A DNA stretch of 64,000 nt from Eutreptiella sp. 'Long Island Sound 2002' (GCA_964036045.1 OZ038378.1:166780001-166844000), one strand, 5' to 3'; positions 10,726 through 22,892 are shown, numbered from the stretch's first letter. Made by a program: numbers and translations. Notes: a model not told the origin generated them from the letters alone.

Positions 10726-12789
10726 TTAGTTCTTCGACACTTGAGCCCGCCACTCCCAAAGCTGCTTACACTGATGCAACTCAGCTGGCGAAAGTTGTTC
10801 CCCACATGCAGCCCGAGCATACAACTGAGCCAAGCGAGTATCAACCGAGTCAGCCGAGTCAACCATATTGTGAATGTGTGCATGCAATTGATCATTATAC
10901 GCGGCCTGCTGCGCACTCAGGCCCCCAGGAGCCTGATTCACGGTGGTTAGCGCATCTGAAAGCTCAAGGGCAGCATTCAGCTCTTCCTTCAGCGGCGGAC
11001 CGCTACCCCTACCCTGACCCCTACCTCTTCCCTTTGTAGCACCCTTTGGACCATCCCCTCGCTTAGCGGCCTTCCTGACAGTTGGCTGCACGGTTCGCTT
11101 GGCGGCCACCGGCGGGGGAACAGGTCGTGGTGCTTGTGCACCTGCCACATGGACCTGTGTGGAGGAGGCTCGCATGTCCACAAATTGGTTCAGTAGCCTC
11201 TCCTCTTCTTCGAGAAAGGCCCCTGCATCCTGTCCCTGGTCGGAAAGATGAGTTGCCACTCGATCCACATTATTTATATATTGACGCATCCGGGACTGCA
11301 GGTTCCCAAGGGAGCGGACAATCTGCTCGCGTTTCGTTCTGGCTGGCAAATCAGCCCACGAGGAGATGTCGGTCAATATAATGTCATCGTCTGTAGCATG
11401 GATTGCCACGGGTACCTGCACTGTGGGTAGGGGGAGGCGTTGGCTGCTGCATTTGGCACTGACAAGGACCTGAGTTGCAGTCTGAAATTGTTTTAAAATA
11501 AAAATTGGATTGAACAACCCAAGATGGAAGCCGACTGAAGATGACCGATGATGCAAAACAGCAAAATAGTGACGACATGGATGCCCGACTCGGACAGCAA
11601 GTCCACAACTACACCAAAACTTCGTATAGGCACCATCCTCAGCCAATGGCTCGAACAGACAAATGTGTTCACGCGGCCAAAGAGCAGGGTCATCCCCTAA
11701 ATCTTCCCCCCGTGGTGCAACGAGGCCGTTCAAATGAGCCTCGTACAGCCGTCGGCTATCCCCACAAAGGACGTCTTTCGCCCCATTGATTCTCTGAATG
11801 ACACTGATGTCAAACCTCTGAGCCCACAGCACCAGTTTCCGATACCGTTTTTTAACGACGGCCTCATCGGCCCCACGCGGCAGACCTAGCAGTTCATGAG
11901 CCCACGGACGGCTCATGTCAAGCTGCTCCAAAACGGGTTGGCGGGCATCGTGGGTATCCTCCCACCCTACTTGTGCCTGCACTCGGGCCCAAAGATCGTC
12001 CTTGTTTCGCAAGGAGAGGAAAGAGATTGCTGTCTGGGTGAGCTCGCCCCGCTCTTCGGCCTCCTGGAGGAAAAAATCCTGCACCTTTTTTCGAAAAGGA
12101 GAGTCCCCTAAGGATGCGACCCACGTTTCCAATTTTTGGATACAGGCACGGAGTTCTATTTTCTCCGTGCACTTGTGGATCTGTCTCTTTACCTCATCCC
12201 AATCTTGGGACAGATCTATATCACCGATACTAGACGGCCCCGATGAAGCCGTCGAAGATTGAGAAGGTTGTGAGGTTTGTTGGCTTGACGTAGGCGTCAA
12301 AGTAAGAGGGGTAGAAGGGGTGGGGAGCTCTGGTGAAGAGGACGTTTGGGAGGTGAACTCGCCTAGATCCGGCATGTCCAGATTTGGGGGTGTTTGCGAA
12401 ATTCCTTCGTCTTCCGCATCGTCCACCATCACCTCTGCTTCTGGGTCAGGTATGGCCTCGGCTGCAACCGGTTGGTCTGACGGCTGGGATGGGTTAGGCT
12501 TCGGGTCAGGCTTCGGGTCAGGCTTCGCGCTTTGGGACTCAGGTTTGGGTGTGGAGATGGGCGCAGAGGTTAGTACTTGGTGCCCACCCTCGGGCGTGAG
12601 TGTTTGTACCTCGGCTTGCGAGGCAAAGGAGACGCGCCGCTTCCTGTGCTTTTGTGGGCCAGGCACGCTCCCCATTAAATCCATCAGAGATGGCCCTTCC
12701 GCTGCCCTGGCTGCAGCAAATGCCGTTGCCTTGGCCTTCTTTTCATCGGAGATTGGTGTCTTCGGTGGCATTCTGGAAGTGCACGTCAT
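10726..12789 (-). CDS. 687-aa MULE-borne protein: disordered N-terminus, J-domain-like fold lacking HPD, SWIM zinc finger, basic C-terminal region
   Basis: WAHELLGLPRGADEAVVKKRYRKLVLWAQRFDISVIQRINGAKDVLCGDSRRLYE (DnaJ helix pattern); FWCSCGLAVRVGHPCRHYFAVL (CxC...CxH SWIM). Long stop-free ORF inside the TIRs. Confidence 0.75.
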   Translation of the reverse strand: MTCTSRMPPKTPISDEKKAKATAFAAARAAEGPSLMDLMGSVPGPQKHRKRRVSFASQAEVQTLTPEGGHQVLTSAPISTPKPESQSAKPDPKPDPKPNPSQPSDQPVAAEAIPDPEAEVMVDDAEDEGISQTPPNLDMPDLGEFTSQTSSSPELPTPSTPLTLTPTSSQQTSQPSQSSTASSGPSSIGDIDLSQDWDEVKRQIHKCTEKIELRACIQKLETWVASLGDSPFRKKVQDFFLQEAEERGELTQTAISFLSLRNKDDLWARVQAQVGWEDTHDARQPVLEQLDMSRPWAHELLGLPRGADEAVVKKRYRKLVLWAQRFDISVIQRINGAKDVLCGDSRRLYEAHLNGLVAPRGEDLGDDPALWPREHICLFEPLAEDGAYTKFWCSCGLAVRVGHPCRHYFAVLHHRSSSVGFHLGLFNPIFILKQFQTATQVLVSAKCSSQRLPLPTVQVPVAIHATDDDIILTDISSWADLPARTKREQIVRSLGNLQSRMRQYINNVDRVATHLSDQGQDAGAFLEEEERLLNQFVDMRASSTQVHVAGAQAPRPVPPPVAAKRTVQPTVRKAAKRGDGPKGATKGRGRGQGRGSGPPLKEELNAALELSDALTTVNQAPGGLSAQQAAYNDQLHAHIHNMVDSADSVDTRLAQLYARAACGEQLSPAELHQCKQLWEWRAQVSKN

Positions 12790-12921
12790 GATCCAGGCGA
12801 TTGGGGTTGAAAGCCGGTGCGTGCATCACAACTGAGGGCTTGGGTTGTCACACACGGAACGCAAAACGTGTCAACCTGTACCAACTCCCTTCAAGCGGAA
12901 GTCCACACCCTCCTTCTCAAT

Positions 12922-13890
<969 letters not shown>

Positions 13891-16233
13891 ATATTTCACT
13901 TGGAGGGAGTAGAAATTGAGTAGAAGGGAGTGGATATTCACTTGGAGGGAGTTGAAATTGAGGGGGAGGGAGTCGATTTGCGCACAGCGCTAAACGCGTT
14001 CAAAACAGCGAAGTAAAGGGCAACGCTGGCCAATCACACATCTGTCAGTAATTAATAATAAGTGACAGAGTGATCAGAAGGTGAAATTCGAACTAATTAG
14101 AACAGGAACATAAAATTCATACCTTTCTGTCAGTTGCGGTGGTTTTTTCAGTTACGCGTGTCGCATGTTCGTGCGCAGTCTTTCGCAGTCTGCTAGGGCC
14201 GCAGTCTGCATACCGTCACCGTGTGCCGCCCACCACCCATCAAAACATATCACTTGACTTCCCCAGTCGCGAATTGCGCGGCATGAGTACTGGAACAGTT
14301 GCGGTATTATGAATTGCACATCACTGGCCCTTGGGGCCCCTGCATTCGCATCTGCAGGCGGGCCCATTACATCTTCATCCATCATCATCTGATCATCATC
14401 ATGAGATATCTGCGCCTGCCACGGACCGCATATCCTGTGGCGGCGCGAGTCGGGCCCGCAGACACATCCCAACTGTTCCGCTTTTTCGCGCGCTTTGTCT
14501 TGCCGAAATCTGCCGCTTATATGTTTCTGTGCCGTTTTTATTGTATACGCGGTAGTGTTGGCGGTCTTCATATTTGCCATCCCACAAAGGATTGAACCTT
14601 CAACATTTTTTTGACCCCAAAGCACCCAAAATGTATCAAGGGGAGAATGTGGCATATTCATATTGGAAATCCCATCAACCTGTGATTTTTTTCAGATCAT
14701 ACATGCAAAAGTTGTTTTGACCGGGGAATAATTGCTTGAATGTGGCATGTGCTCCAAGTGTAATCTGCTAAGGGGAAAGCGTGAAATTTGGTCGTAACAA
14801 TGGTTTGTTGGCTTGGTTAGTGCTATGCGTGTCGTGGTTGGGATCGGGTTTTCTTGGTGCTTCGTGATGCTGCACTTCCAGTCTTGCCTTCGTCGTACCC
14901 GTAATCTTGTAGTTGGTTGCATGGTAGATGTGCCCCACCTATCCTTCTTTACTCCTTGCCTGCAAGTTTCTTTTGTTCCTTCTTTCTTTGCGTACCTTCA
15001 TTCGTGCTCATTCTTTATTCCCCATTTGTTTAGGCAAAGACTTTCCATTATTCCACGAGCCCAAAGCTCCGTTCCTTTTGTAGACGGAACCATGGACAAG
15101 AAAAATGAGCACCATCACGCTCCATGCACCATGCCCGTTACGTGTCTCTTTGTTTCACTCAAAGTCTCCTTGATCGTCTCAGCCCGTCTCAGCCTATGGT
15201 CCAGTGAGCAGTGTTTGCCTTTGTCTCGCTTTTTGCTTGCTCGTTTTGACAATTTGTAGTGCAAATTGTCCACCCACTTCCAAACTGGTTGGAATACTGC
15301 AATTGCACGTTGGCAAATTGTCATACATATCGGTTGTCATGCTTTTGCAAACACAAAACACACGTTGATGAGTCGTGACCTATTATCTTCTCACAAAAGG
15401 GTTGCACTCAAGTTGTCAAATGAATACGTTGGGGGGTAAGCAAAGCAAAGAAGGCGTCCAACAACTAAAACAGAGCACAAAGCAAGCACAGAGAGACAGT
15501 GCAAACAAAGCAACTGCTCATTTCAAGCACATGCATATAAGCCGCAAATTGATCAAATGCACCACTGGCACTGAAGCATGATCACTCGAGTATTCCCACT
15601 CTTTGCCCTTCACCTTTCGCTGCTTCTTTTCTCTCTAAAAACATGAACAATGTATGCACTTGAACCTAAAAAAGATAAGTTTGTGGGTTGGAACTGGTGC
15701 ACCATGGAGGTCAGGGGGTGGGCCGCCTCAGGGATGAAGCACAAGTGGGGGGGCGGGGCGGTGAGGAACAGTGCTTGTCTTGGGGATGTAGGACCCTGAG
15801 GGTAGGGGATATATGCAGCATGGGCATCGGCGAGTGGAGAGGTGTATGGTGTGCCGGGTTGGCACTGCCCATGAACACTTGCGGTATGGATATGTGCAAA
15901 TGCCCACCACATGCCACACTTTGTGTATTGTGTGTAGCCAACCTTGATGCATCCTTGTAGCATGAAGACCATGGCCATCACAGGAGTTTGCTTGCTTTTT
16001 GTCCGCGACTTCTATGGCCAAAACACCACATGAGTAGATGCAAACAACGTGGTTGATTGGGTTTCTCATTTTCCGCGCTTTGTGTACGCATGACCCTTGG
16101 ACAAGTGGCGCCTTGACAAAGTACAACACATGTATAACACCATGTGCAATCCCTTGTAAGTCCTCTTTCTAGTGATTTGGGCGTGTGGGATGCCGAGGCC
16201 ATCTGAAAATTGCGTCATCGGACAAAATTGGTG

Positions 16234-17069
16234 TTTAAAAGTGTTAGATGGAGGCGAGTTTTCAGGACGATAATCGTTAGATGAATCTCGCGGTCCATCT
16301 AACATTTATCGGCCTGAAAATTGCTAAAACTGTTAGATGGGGGAAATTATCTCTCAAATTCAAAAAAGCACACAACACCACCCACAATGTTGTTGAACCA
16401 TGTGGGCCACCTTTGTAGTTTCATTTTTAGCCACCATGTCAAAAAGAATGGAGAACATGCTTGATGCGACTTTGCCCCCCCCACCACCTGTCAATGATTT
16501 CATGGAGTGCTTGAGAGAGGTTGCGGATGGCAAAGCCAAACCCGTTGAGGGTGATCTATTTGATGGTGTTTTTGAGAATGAGGTGGACACCGTTGGGAAA
16601 CCGGCCGGGACAATGGGGGTTCACAAAACCCCCACTGAATGCGTGGTGGTGCCCGCATTCAGTGCAAAGTGTGCAATGCACCTTACCATGAGTCTTGCTT
16701 TTATGCCACCTCGTCTACTTCTACCATGAACGTGGACGATGGTGTGGGTCCTTGTTGTCGCGAGTAATTTGACTATTGACCATCCATTTTGCTTGGCAAC
16801 CGTGTCATTATGCGAATGCCACACATTCGATTCCGGCTGAAAGAGACCGGTACCCATCACCACAAGTAGAGTGATAACTCAGTTTATACTCAAAGTCAGT
16901 ACCGCATTCCCCCATGTCTTGTTGCCCGTGCTTGCTCCCTGCCGTTTCCTCCCCTTGGTTGCAACCTTACACTCGGGGCTTGCCACAATGAGCTAGGGGC
17001 TAGATGCCGCTGATATTCATCTAACGATTATCGTCCTGAAAACTCGCCTCTCTATCTAACACTTTTAAA
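16234..17069. mobile_element. Non-autonomous TIR element (~836 bp)
   Basis: tttaaaagtgttagatggaggcgagttttcaggacgataatcgttagatgaat (16234-) is the near-perfect reverse complement of attcatctaacgattatcgtcctgaaaactcgcctctctatctaacacttttaaa (-17069). No clear TSD. Confidence 0.7.
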
Positions 17070-17174
17070 TAATCGTACCCATCTAACATTTATCGGCCTG
17101 AAAACTCGGCCCGTTCGCTTCGCTCCTGGGGGGCCGAGTTTTCAGGCCGATAAATGTTAGATGGGAACGATTAT
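17069..17174. repeat. Long hairpin (about 44-bp arms, 1 mismatch) built from the same motif family as 16234-17069
   Basis: ataatcgtacccatctaacatttatcggcctgaaaactcggccc / gggccgagttttcaggccgataaatgttagatgggaacgattat. Confidence 0.9.
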
Positions 17175-17379
17175 GTAATAATACCCGACGCATAGGCCCG
17201 AGGATATCCGCACATATCCGTGGTATATGACCCATCGGAACAGCGATATCCCGGGTCATATACCACGAATATCTATGGACAATCCAGGCCAACTCCCCAA
17301 AAATTCAATAGTGTGCTTGTTCAATGTGTGTTAGCCTTAGTCCTGTCAAAGTAGAGAAGAAACGGAAGGATGTGACACC

Positions 17380-17870
17380 CTCTCCATCCTCTGCAAAGAT
17401 GATGATCTATCTCATTGTAGAGGAGGGGTATGCCACCTGGTTAGAATTCCCGTTGACAAAATTGAGTGAGAAGCAACTGTCGACATATGAGCTCAATGAG
17501 AAGGAGAGCATTGTGTATGAATGTGAGATGCACCGTTCTCGTGCATGGGCTGTCCTAGCAACACCTACCAAGGCCCAATCAGCCAAGATTTGTCAGCCAT
17601 TCCATCACTCTTTGCCCAGGCTGTGTTTGAAGAGCAACCCAAAAAAAAGGTGAAAAAGTGAAAAAGGAAATGCGTAGAAGTAGTGTTACCTTGTTGAATA
17701 TCCCATCAAGAAGAATGCGTGTGGTGCCCAATGAGCTGTCACATGTGATGTTTGCCATGCTGTGCAAGCTTAGGGTTGCTAATTCTTGGGCCCGTGAATC
17801 TTGCGTCACAGAAATGATTGGCTCCCAAACCATCTATATGTGCCTATATGTTCCATGTTTGTAGAAAGCT
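17380..17870 (+). pseudogene. Possible Ty1/copia RT relic, between inverted aggcccgaggat motifs (17194-17205 / 18018-18029)
   Basis: CEMHRSRAW resembles CxLxxSLYGLKQSxRAW with a deletion. ARESCV...IYMCLYVPCL resembles DxCV...IYLxLYVDDL, but the catalytic DD is absent. Confidence 0.35.
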
Positions 17871-19784
17871 TACTTGAAGCTTCATCAGAGAAAGCTTGTT
17901 TCGGATTTGTTCTACTCCAAGTTAGGCTCCAAGTGGTGTTCACAAATGTGTTCTGCTTGTGTCTCCTATGCGAGGGTGTTGTGCAAGGCTGTGCACTAAT
18001 ATCCCTATACCATGGAAATCCTCGGGCCTTTAATGCCACGGATATAATATTTGTGCCTAAGGCCACAGTTATCTGTGGTGTATTCTGCAGCATACCCCAG
18101 GGATATCTCCCTCCGGTTGATATCTGTGGTATATCCCACGGGATACACAGCAGATATCCGTGGCATAGGCACAAATATCGTATAAGATCTATTCATATTC
18201 CTTTGTCTACCACGGTTACATATCCTCTTTGCGATTCTCAAAGCCGCGAGCCACCTGGAGGTGGTAACAAAGTGCATGATGGAGGGCTCTGCCACAATGT
18301 AATCGTGTTGTGACTCATGCATTCATGCACGTCTCCCCCGCTTCCCCATGGACACGTCTGTCGCGAGCCGGGTGACACTGTAAGAGGACTCGAGTAGGCA
18401 TTATGAGTATAGGCGAAAACCGAAGACCCGATTGCACTGTGTGCCAGGTTTTTGTGTGGCAACCCCTTAGTGGGCTCTGCCATTTTGTGCAGCAGTAGTG
18501 CCTGTGCTTGCCCTACTTGCCTTGATTGAATTTGCATCATTCGGTTACACGTCAAAATGTTTTAGTTGAGTTGTTTAGAGGTTTCTGCAAAGTACCCCGA
18601 CAGTGACACGGTATCTTTGTGAGAGTGCTTGCCCGCTTGCTCCGTCCTACTACCCCGTGAGACTCACTGAGTGTAGGTCAAGAAGGGATTTTTGTTTTCG
18701 ATTTTTGTTGGGTCGCCGACACACATTGGGGTGCACCTATGGTCTTTGCGTGCCCTCATTTTTGCTTGCCTTAGGGCGGTTGCACATGGGTGTCACCAGT
18801 TAAGCAAGTGGTTACACGTTGCTCATGTGCATTTTGCCTCTTCTTGGCGCACTAGCTTCTTCGCACCATGCTGTTCCCTCCGGTGCCGAAGTTCCACCGG
18901 CTGCTGTCGGCGGCCGTCAGTTTTTTCTTCTATTGTGTGATCACGTTCTGCAGCCTTGGATGCATCAGTGAGCAGTTTTCTTTGTGTTTTGCACGCCTGC
19001 TGTCTTTACCGGCCTGACCATGGTTTTTGTGGTCAGAATTGTAATGTGACGCAGTTGTGTTGTGATCACAGAGGAAAAGGGGGTTGAATCATGCTTGTGG
19101 TACATCCTCCTGCTCATACCAACATTTTGCTTGCAAATGTTTTGATGTGATTTTGAGCCGGCCAAAAAGGGGAAACCAATGAACATGACTTTCATCATGG
19201 ACAAGACATTGGAACAGTTTTTTTTTTGACAAAAAGTGTATGCATTGTGTTGATGGAGCTCCATCACCACGGTGTTTATATGCCGTGGTGCAACAATTGT
19301 GCTTAGGTGAGGTATGGGCATGTTTTTGGCGACATACATTCCTTTTGGTACTTCGTGTCGCGTGCAAGCTAGGCTAAGCTGTGAAAGCGCAGATCTGCAT
19401 TGGCAACACATCAGCTCTGCAAAGGTGTGGCCAGGCACCAGATGGCAGGTGATTTTTTCTGGAGGTGGCACGGCATTGATTACAATGATGATTTGCCTAA
19501 TGGTGTGCGAGTTCTAAAGCGTCACAAGGTGCCTTTGGCACCAAGTTGGGACCTCCTGAGGAGGGGGGGGGGGGCGGTCAGTGTCTGAGCCTAAATACCC
19601 CCCATGGGAGGGCATCTTCCACGCGCGCACGGGGAGGTCGCTTAAAGGGCAAGGGGGGGGGGTCAACTCGGGAGCTTGCCTCGCATAAGAAGGCTCGAAG
19701 TCCCCAAGACACCAGAAAACTAACTAGGGTGAGTTGCTGTACACATGTATGAGGTTCGGATCATTTGTGGGTAAAAGGCAAGGG

Positions 19785-19880
19785 GGGAGAGATTTTTCAC
19801 CTCCGTGTTGGGGCTGTGTTAACACAACACGGTAGGGGGTGGGTGCTATTTTTCACCTCCCGTGTTGGGCCCGTGTTAAC
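19785..19880 (-). repeat. GTGTTAACAC-unit repeat module, third copy
   Basis: Two tandem ~55-bp units atttttcacctccgtgttggg(g/c)c(t/c)gtgttaaca, same orientation as 23065-23188. Confidence 0.8.
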
Positions 19881-20644
19881 ATTGCCTATAGAATTTGTGT
19901 TGTGTTGTGTTGTGTTGTGTTGTGTTCTTTTTGTGTTGCCTTGTGATGTTTTGTGTTGTTTCGTATTAAGTCCGGGTTATAGACCCGGGAACTCAGACCC
20001 GAGTCCGGGTTATATAACCCGGAACTCGGGTGTCCCAAGTTGCGGGTTATATAACCCGGACTCGGGTCTGAGTTACGGGTTATAGGGGTACAGGATACTA
20101 ATGGCAAAGCATTGTATAATTGGAACTATACTATACAAGAAACGCTACATGATAGCGTTTCTTCGGGATGAAATGCTGGGGCCCCTACCCCAGCATTTCT
20201 TCCCCAAGAAATCTATCATGTAGCGTTTCTTCATATCCGCTATCTGAGTCTCACAATTTCTCAATGAAGAAACGCTATCACCGACCCTGGATGGCAAAAC
20301 CCACATTCATAATAGGGTGGCATCAAGAGGGGTCAACAATTCAAATGAGCTGCAAAACGTCACTTTGTTGACTATGGTACCCCGCATCATTGGAGGCGGA
20401 ATGGCTACCATTGTGATTCCCCTGAATTAACATCATGCACCAAAAGGAACATTTACAGCGTCATGGCGCAGCTTTCACAAATCCATGAACCATGCCGAGG
20501 AACTCGGGCCAACTTGGCACACCGAAGGTGGTGCTCTGCGGGCATCACATGACACCGATGTAAGAGCAATAGTGTCACATTTTCGGGGAATTGCCTCATC
20601 ACACATATAGCATACACCAGGTTCAGCCTTTGGCTTACATGGGG

Positions 20645-21409
20645 CTACCTTTGGTTCTTGGCACCTATGAAGGGCATGTCTGTGAAGTTGGCCGCACCCT
20701 CCTCGCGAGGTGGGGCTGCAAAAGCCGCTTCACGGTATGCATTGTGGCCTTCTGCAAGTGAAGTAAACACATCCCCCCTTTCACACAATTGGGTGGGAGG
20801 AAACTCTGCATAATCATCCTCCGCATCATGCAAAGATGAAACCACTGAAATATTCAACACATCAGCCGAGTGTGAGCTTAGTAAATCTTCATCAAAGATG
20901 GTAACTACACTTGCTTCTTGAGGGAGCTTACCCATGTCACGGCACGTGCCGCGGCACACTTTCCAATGGTCCCCCCCCCCCCCCTCCGTGTCATGGTGGC
21001 ACAGCCGGCACAGCCGGCACAGGTGACACAAGTGCCGATCACCCTCACACAACACGACATAGCGGCGGCCCCGTGTGACACGACACACCCTATGTGGCGG
21101 CACCGTGGCACGGCACGGCCGGAGCCCCCCCCCCCCCCCCCCGCCGTGGCTGGGTAAGCTCCGAGGTGCAAAATTTGGAGGTGAATCAGCTTCCACTTTC
21201 ATTGGTGAAGCTTCCTTTGCAAGTGGTTGACAAGGTTCTGCTTGCACTGGTGGTTTGGGGCAAGGCTCGGCTTTGGTTTCGCTCTCGTCTTTAGGATTCT
21301 CCACATTGTACCTACTTTGCAACATGGCTGCTTGTGTTTTCACCTTTTTACCCTTTTGATGATACACCGCAAGGGTTTGGGGTACAACACCTACATGTTT
21401 CTTCGACAT
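20645..21409 (-). CDS. Hypothetical ORF (254 aa, 173 aa once the in-frame MITE is removed) inside the composite element
   Basis: ORF stays open across a 240-bp MITE plus 3-bp TSD (81 codons). Removal gives ...NFAPQEASVVTIFDEDLL... No homolog recognised. Confidence 0.35.
   Translation of the reverse strand: MSKKHVGVVPQTLAVYHQKGKKVKTQAAMLQSRYNVENPKDESETKAEPCPKPPVQAEPCQPLAKEASPMKVEADSPPNFAPRSLPSHGGGGGGGLRPCRATVPPHRVCRVTRGRRYVVLCEGDRHLCHLCRLCRLCHHDTEGGGGDHWKVCRGTCRDMGKLPQEASVVTIFDEDLLSSHSADVLNISVVSSLHDAEDDYAEFPPTQLCERGDVFTSLAEGHNAYREAAFAAPPREEGAANFTDMPFIGAKNQR
20923..21162 (+). mobile_element. MITE copy 1 (240 bp), TIR GGAGCTTACCCA, 3-bp TSD GAG
   Basis: gag|ggagcttacccatg...gctgggtaagctcc|gag. 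Confidence 0.9.
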
Positions 21410-21847
21410 TTTGTCAGTATACTAAAAGTGGATGAGATAGCGTTTCTTTGGGGAGAAATCACCAATCAAGAAATGCTATCATGAAATGCTATCTGCATAG
21501 CATTTCTTTGGGAAGAAATGCTATCTGCCACTAGGGTTAGGGTAAAAGAGAGTGGCACCAAAGCATGGAATGTATTTTACTACCGGTGGCACATGATTTG
21601 CTATTGTTGCATTGCGATAGCACATGGGCGCGATCCAAAGGCCCAACCCGAGCAGAGGTTGTCAGGCTGGAGACAACAAGGGACGGGCAAGGGGGCAAGA
21701 ATCGGAAACAATAGCAAGCTCTCCGTGGATACATAACCCGGACTCTTGGGTCTGAGTTCCCGTGTCTCCATAACCCGGACTTAGAAACCGAGTGTTATAA
21801 CCCGGAACTCGGACCGAGTTCGGGTTATACACCCGGTTTATATATAG

Positions 21848-22185
21848 TATTGTGTTGTGTTTTGTTGTTTTGTCTTGCTTTCCTTTTGTGTTGTGTGATG
21901 TTATGTTGTGTTGTTTTCCTTTTGTGTTGTGTCCTTTTGCCTGCGCTTGTTGTGCTCTACTTGATTGTTTGTATTTTTTGTCGTGTTGTGTTATTCCTTG
22001 TTTGGTTTGATTGTTGTGTTATGTTGTTTAGTTTTGTGTTGTGTTGTACTGTGTTGTGTTATTCCTTGTTTTGTTTTCTTGGTGTGTTATGTTGTTTTGT
22101 ATTGTGTTGTTTTTGTTTTGTGTTTGTGTTTTGTTGTTTTGTGTTGTGTTGTGTTGTGTTGTTTTGTGTTGTGTTGGGTTTTGGC
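21848..22185. repeat. Degenerate (TTGTG)n microsatellite
   Basis: T/G-rich degenerate pentamer tract. Confidence 0.85.
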
Positions 22186-22319
22186 TTGTATGCTTCAATC
22201 CATCACGAATAATGGTGTGAAGAGATGTTGTCACATGCATGTGTCGCATAGTGCATATAGCTCCCAGTTTGCGATATGCCGCTCGGTTCATGCCTCCGCT
22301 TTGAGAATCGGTCTGCTTC

Positions 22320-22836
22320 GGAGCTTACCCAGCCACGGAGGGGGGGGGGGGGGGGCTTGGGCCGTGCCGTGCCACGGTGCCGCCACATAGGGTGTGTCGT
22401 GTCACACGGGGCCGCCGCTGTGTCGTGTTGTGTTGTGCTGTGCTATGCTGTGTTGTGTTGTGTTGGAATCTGCCTCTTTGACTTTTGCTCTCTAGATCAC
22501 ATGATGATCTGCCTCTTTGACTTTTGCTCTCTAGATCACATGATGATCATGATTATGATGATTTCCATGTTCGTTTTGTGTTTTGTGGAGGCGTGCTTGT
22601 GCTTTATTGTGCTTGTGCACCTCTCTTGTGTCACCTATGTCCCTTGTGCCACCATGACATGGAGGGGGGGGGGGGGGGGGCGATGGCACGGTACGCCATG
22701 CAATGGTTCGTGTAGGAGGGGGTTCGGCACTTGTGTCACCTGTGTCGCCTGTGCCGGCCGTGCCACCATGACACGGAGGGGGGGGGGGGGCATCGGAAAG
22801 TGTGCCGCGACACGTGTCGTGACATGGGTAAGCTCC
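22320..22836 (-). mobile_element. MITE copy 2 (517 bp, inverted relative to copy 1), 3-bp TSD TTC
   Basis: ttc|ggagcttacccagcc...catgggtaagctcc|ttc. Enlarged by internal (ttgtg)n, a 39-bp tandem duplication (tctgcctctttgacttttgctctctagatcacatgatga) and further internal sequence. Confidence 0.9.
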
Positions 22837-22892
22837 TTCAATCCATCACCAATAATGGTGTGAAGAGATGTTGTCACACGCATGTGGTGCAT

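Larger units (their letters stand above)
19968..21846. mobile_element. Composite palindromic-TIR element inserted in a (TTGTG)n tract
   Basis: Outer inverted arms built from ccgggttat/ataacccgg (19968-20090, 21734-21840). Inner arms built from aagaaacgcta/tagcgtttctt (20137-20280, 21435-21530). Degenerate (ttgtg)n on both sides. Candidate direct repeat gtatt at 19963-67 and 21847-51. Confidence 0.6.

Noticed and set aside
18965-19471. KITCHLVPGHT resembling the FLxxGHT motif of CACTA/Transib-like transposases
   Set aside because: A single short motif with no supporting D/D/E context or termini; it needs an HMM search before it can be called.
21533-21545. TTAGGG telomeric repeats (ctagggttagggt)
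   Set aside because: Only about two units; not an interstitial telomeric array.
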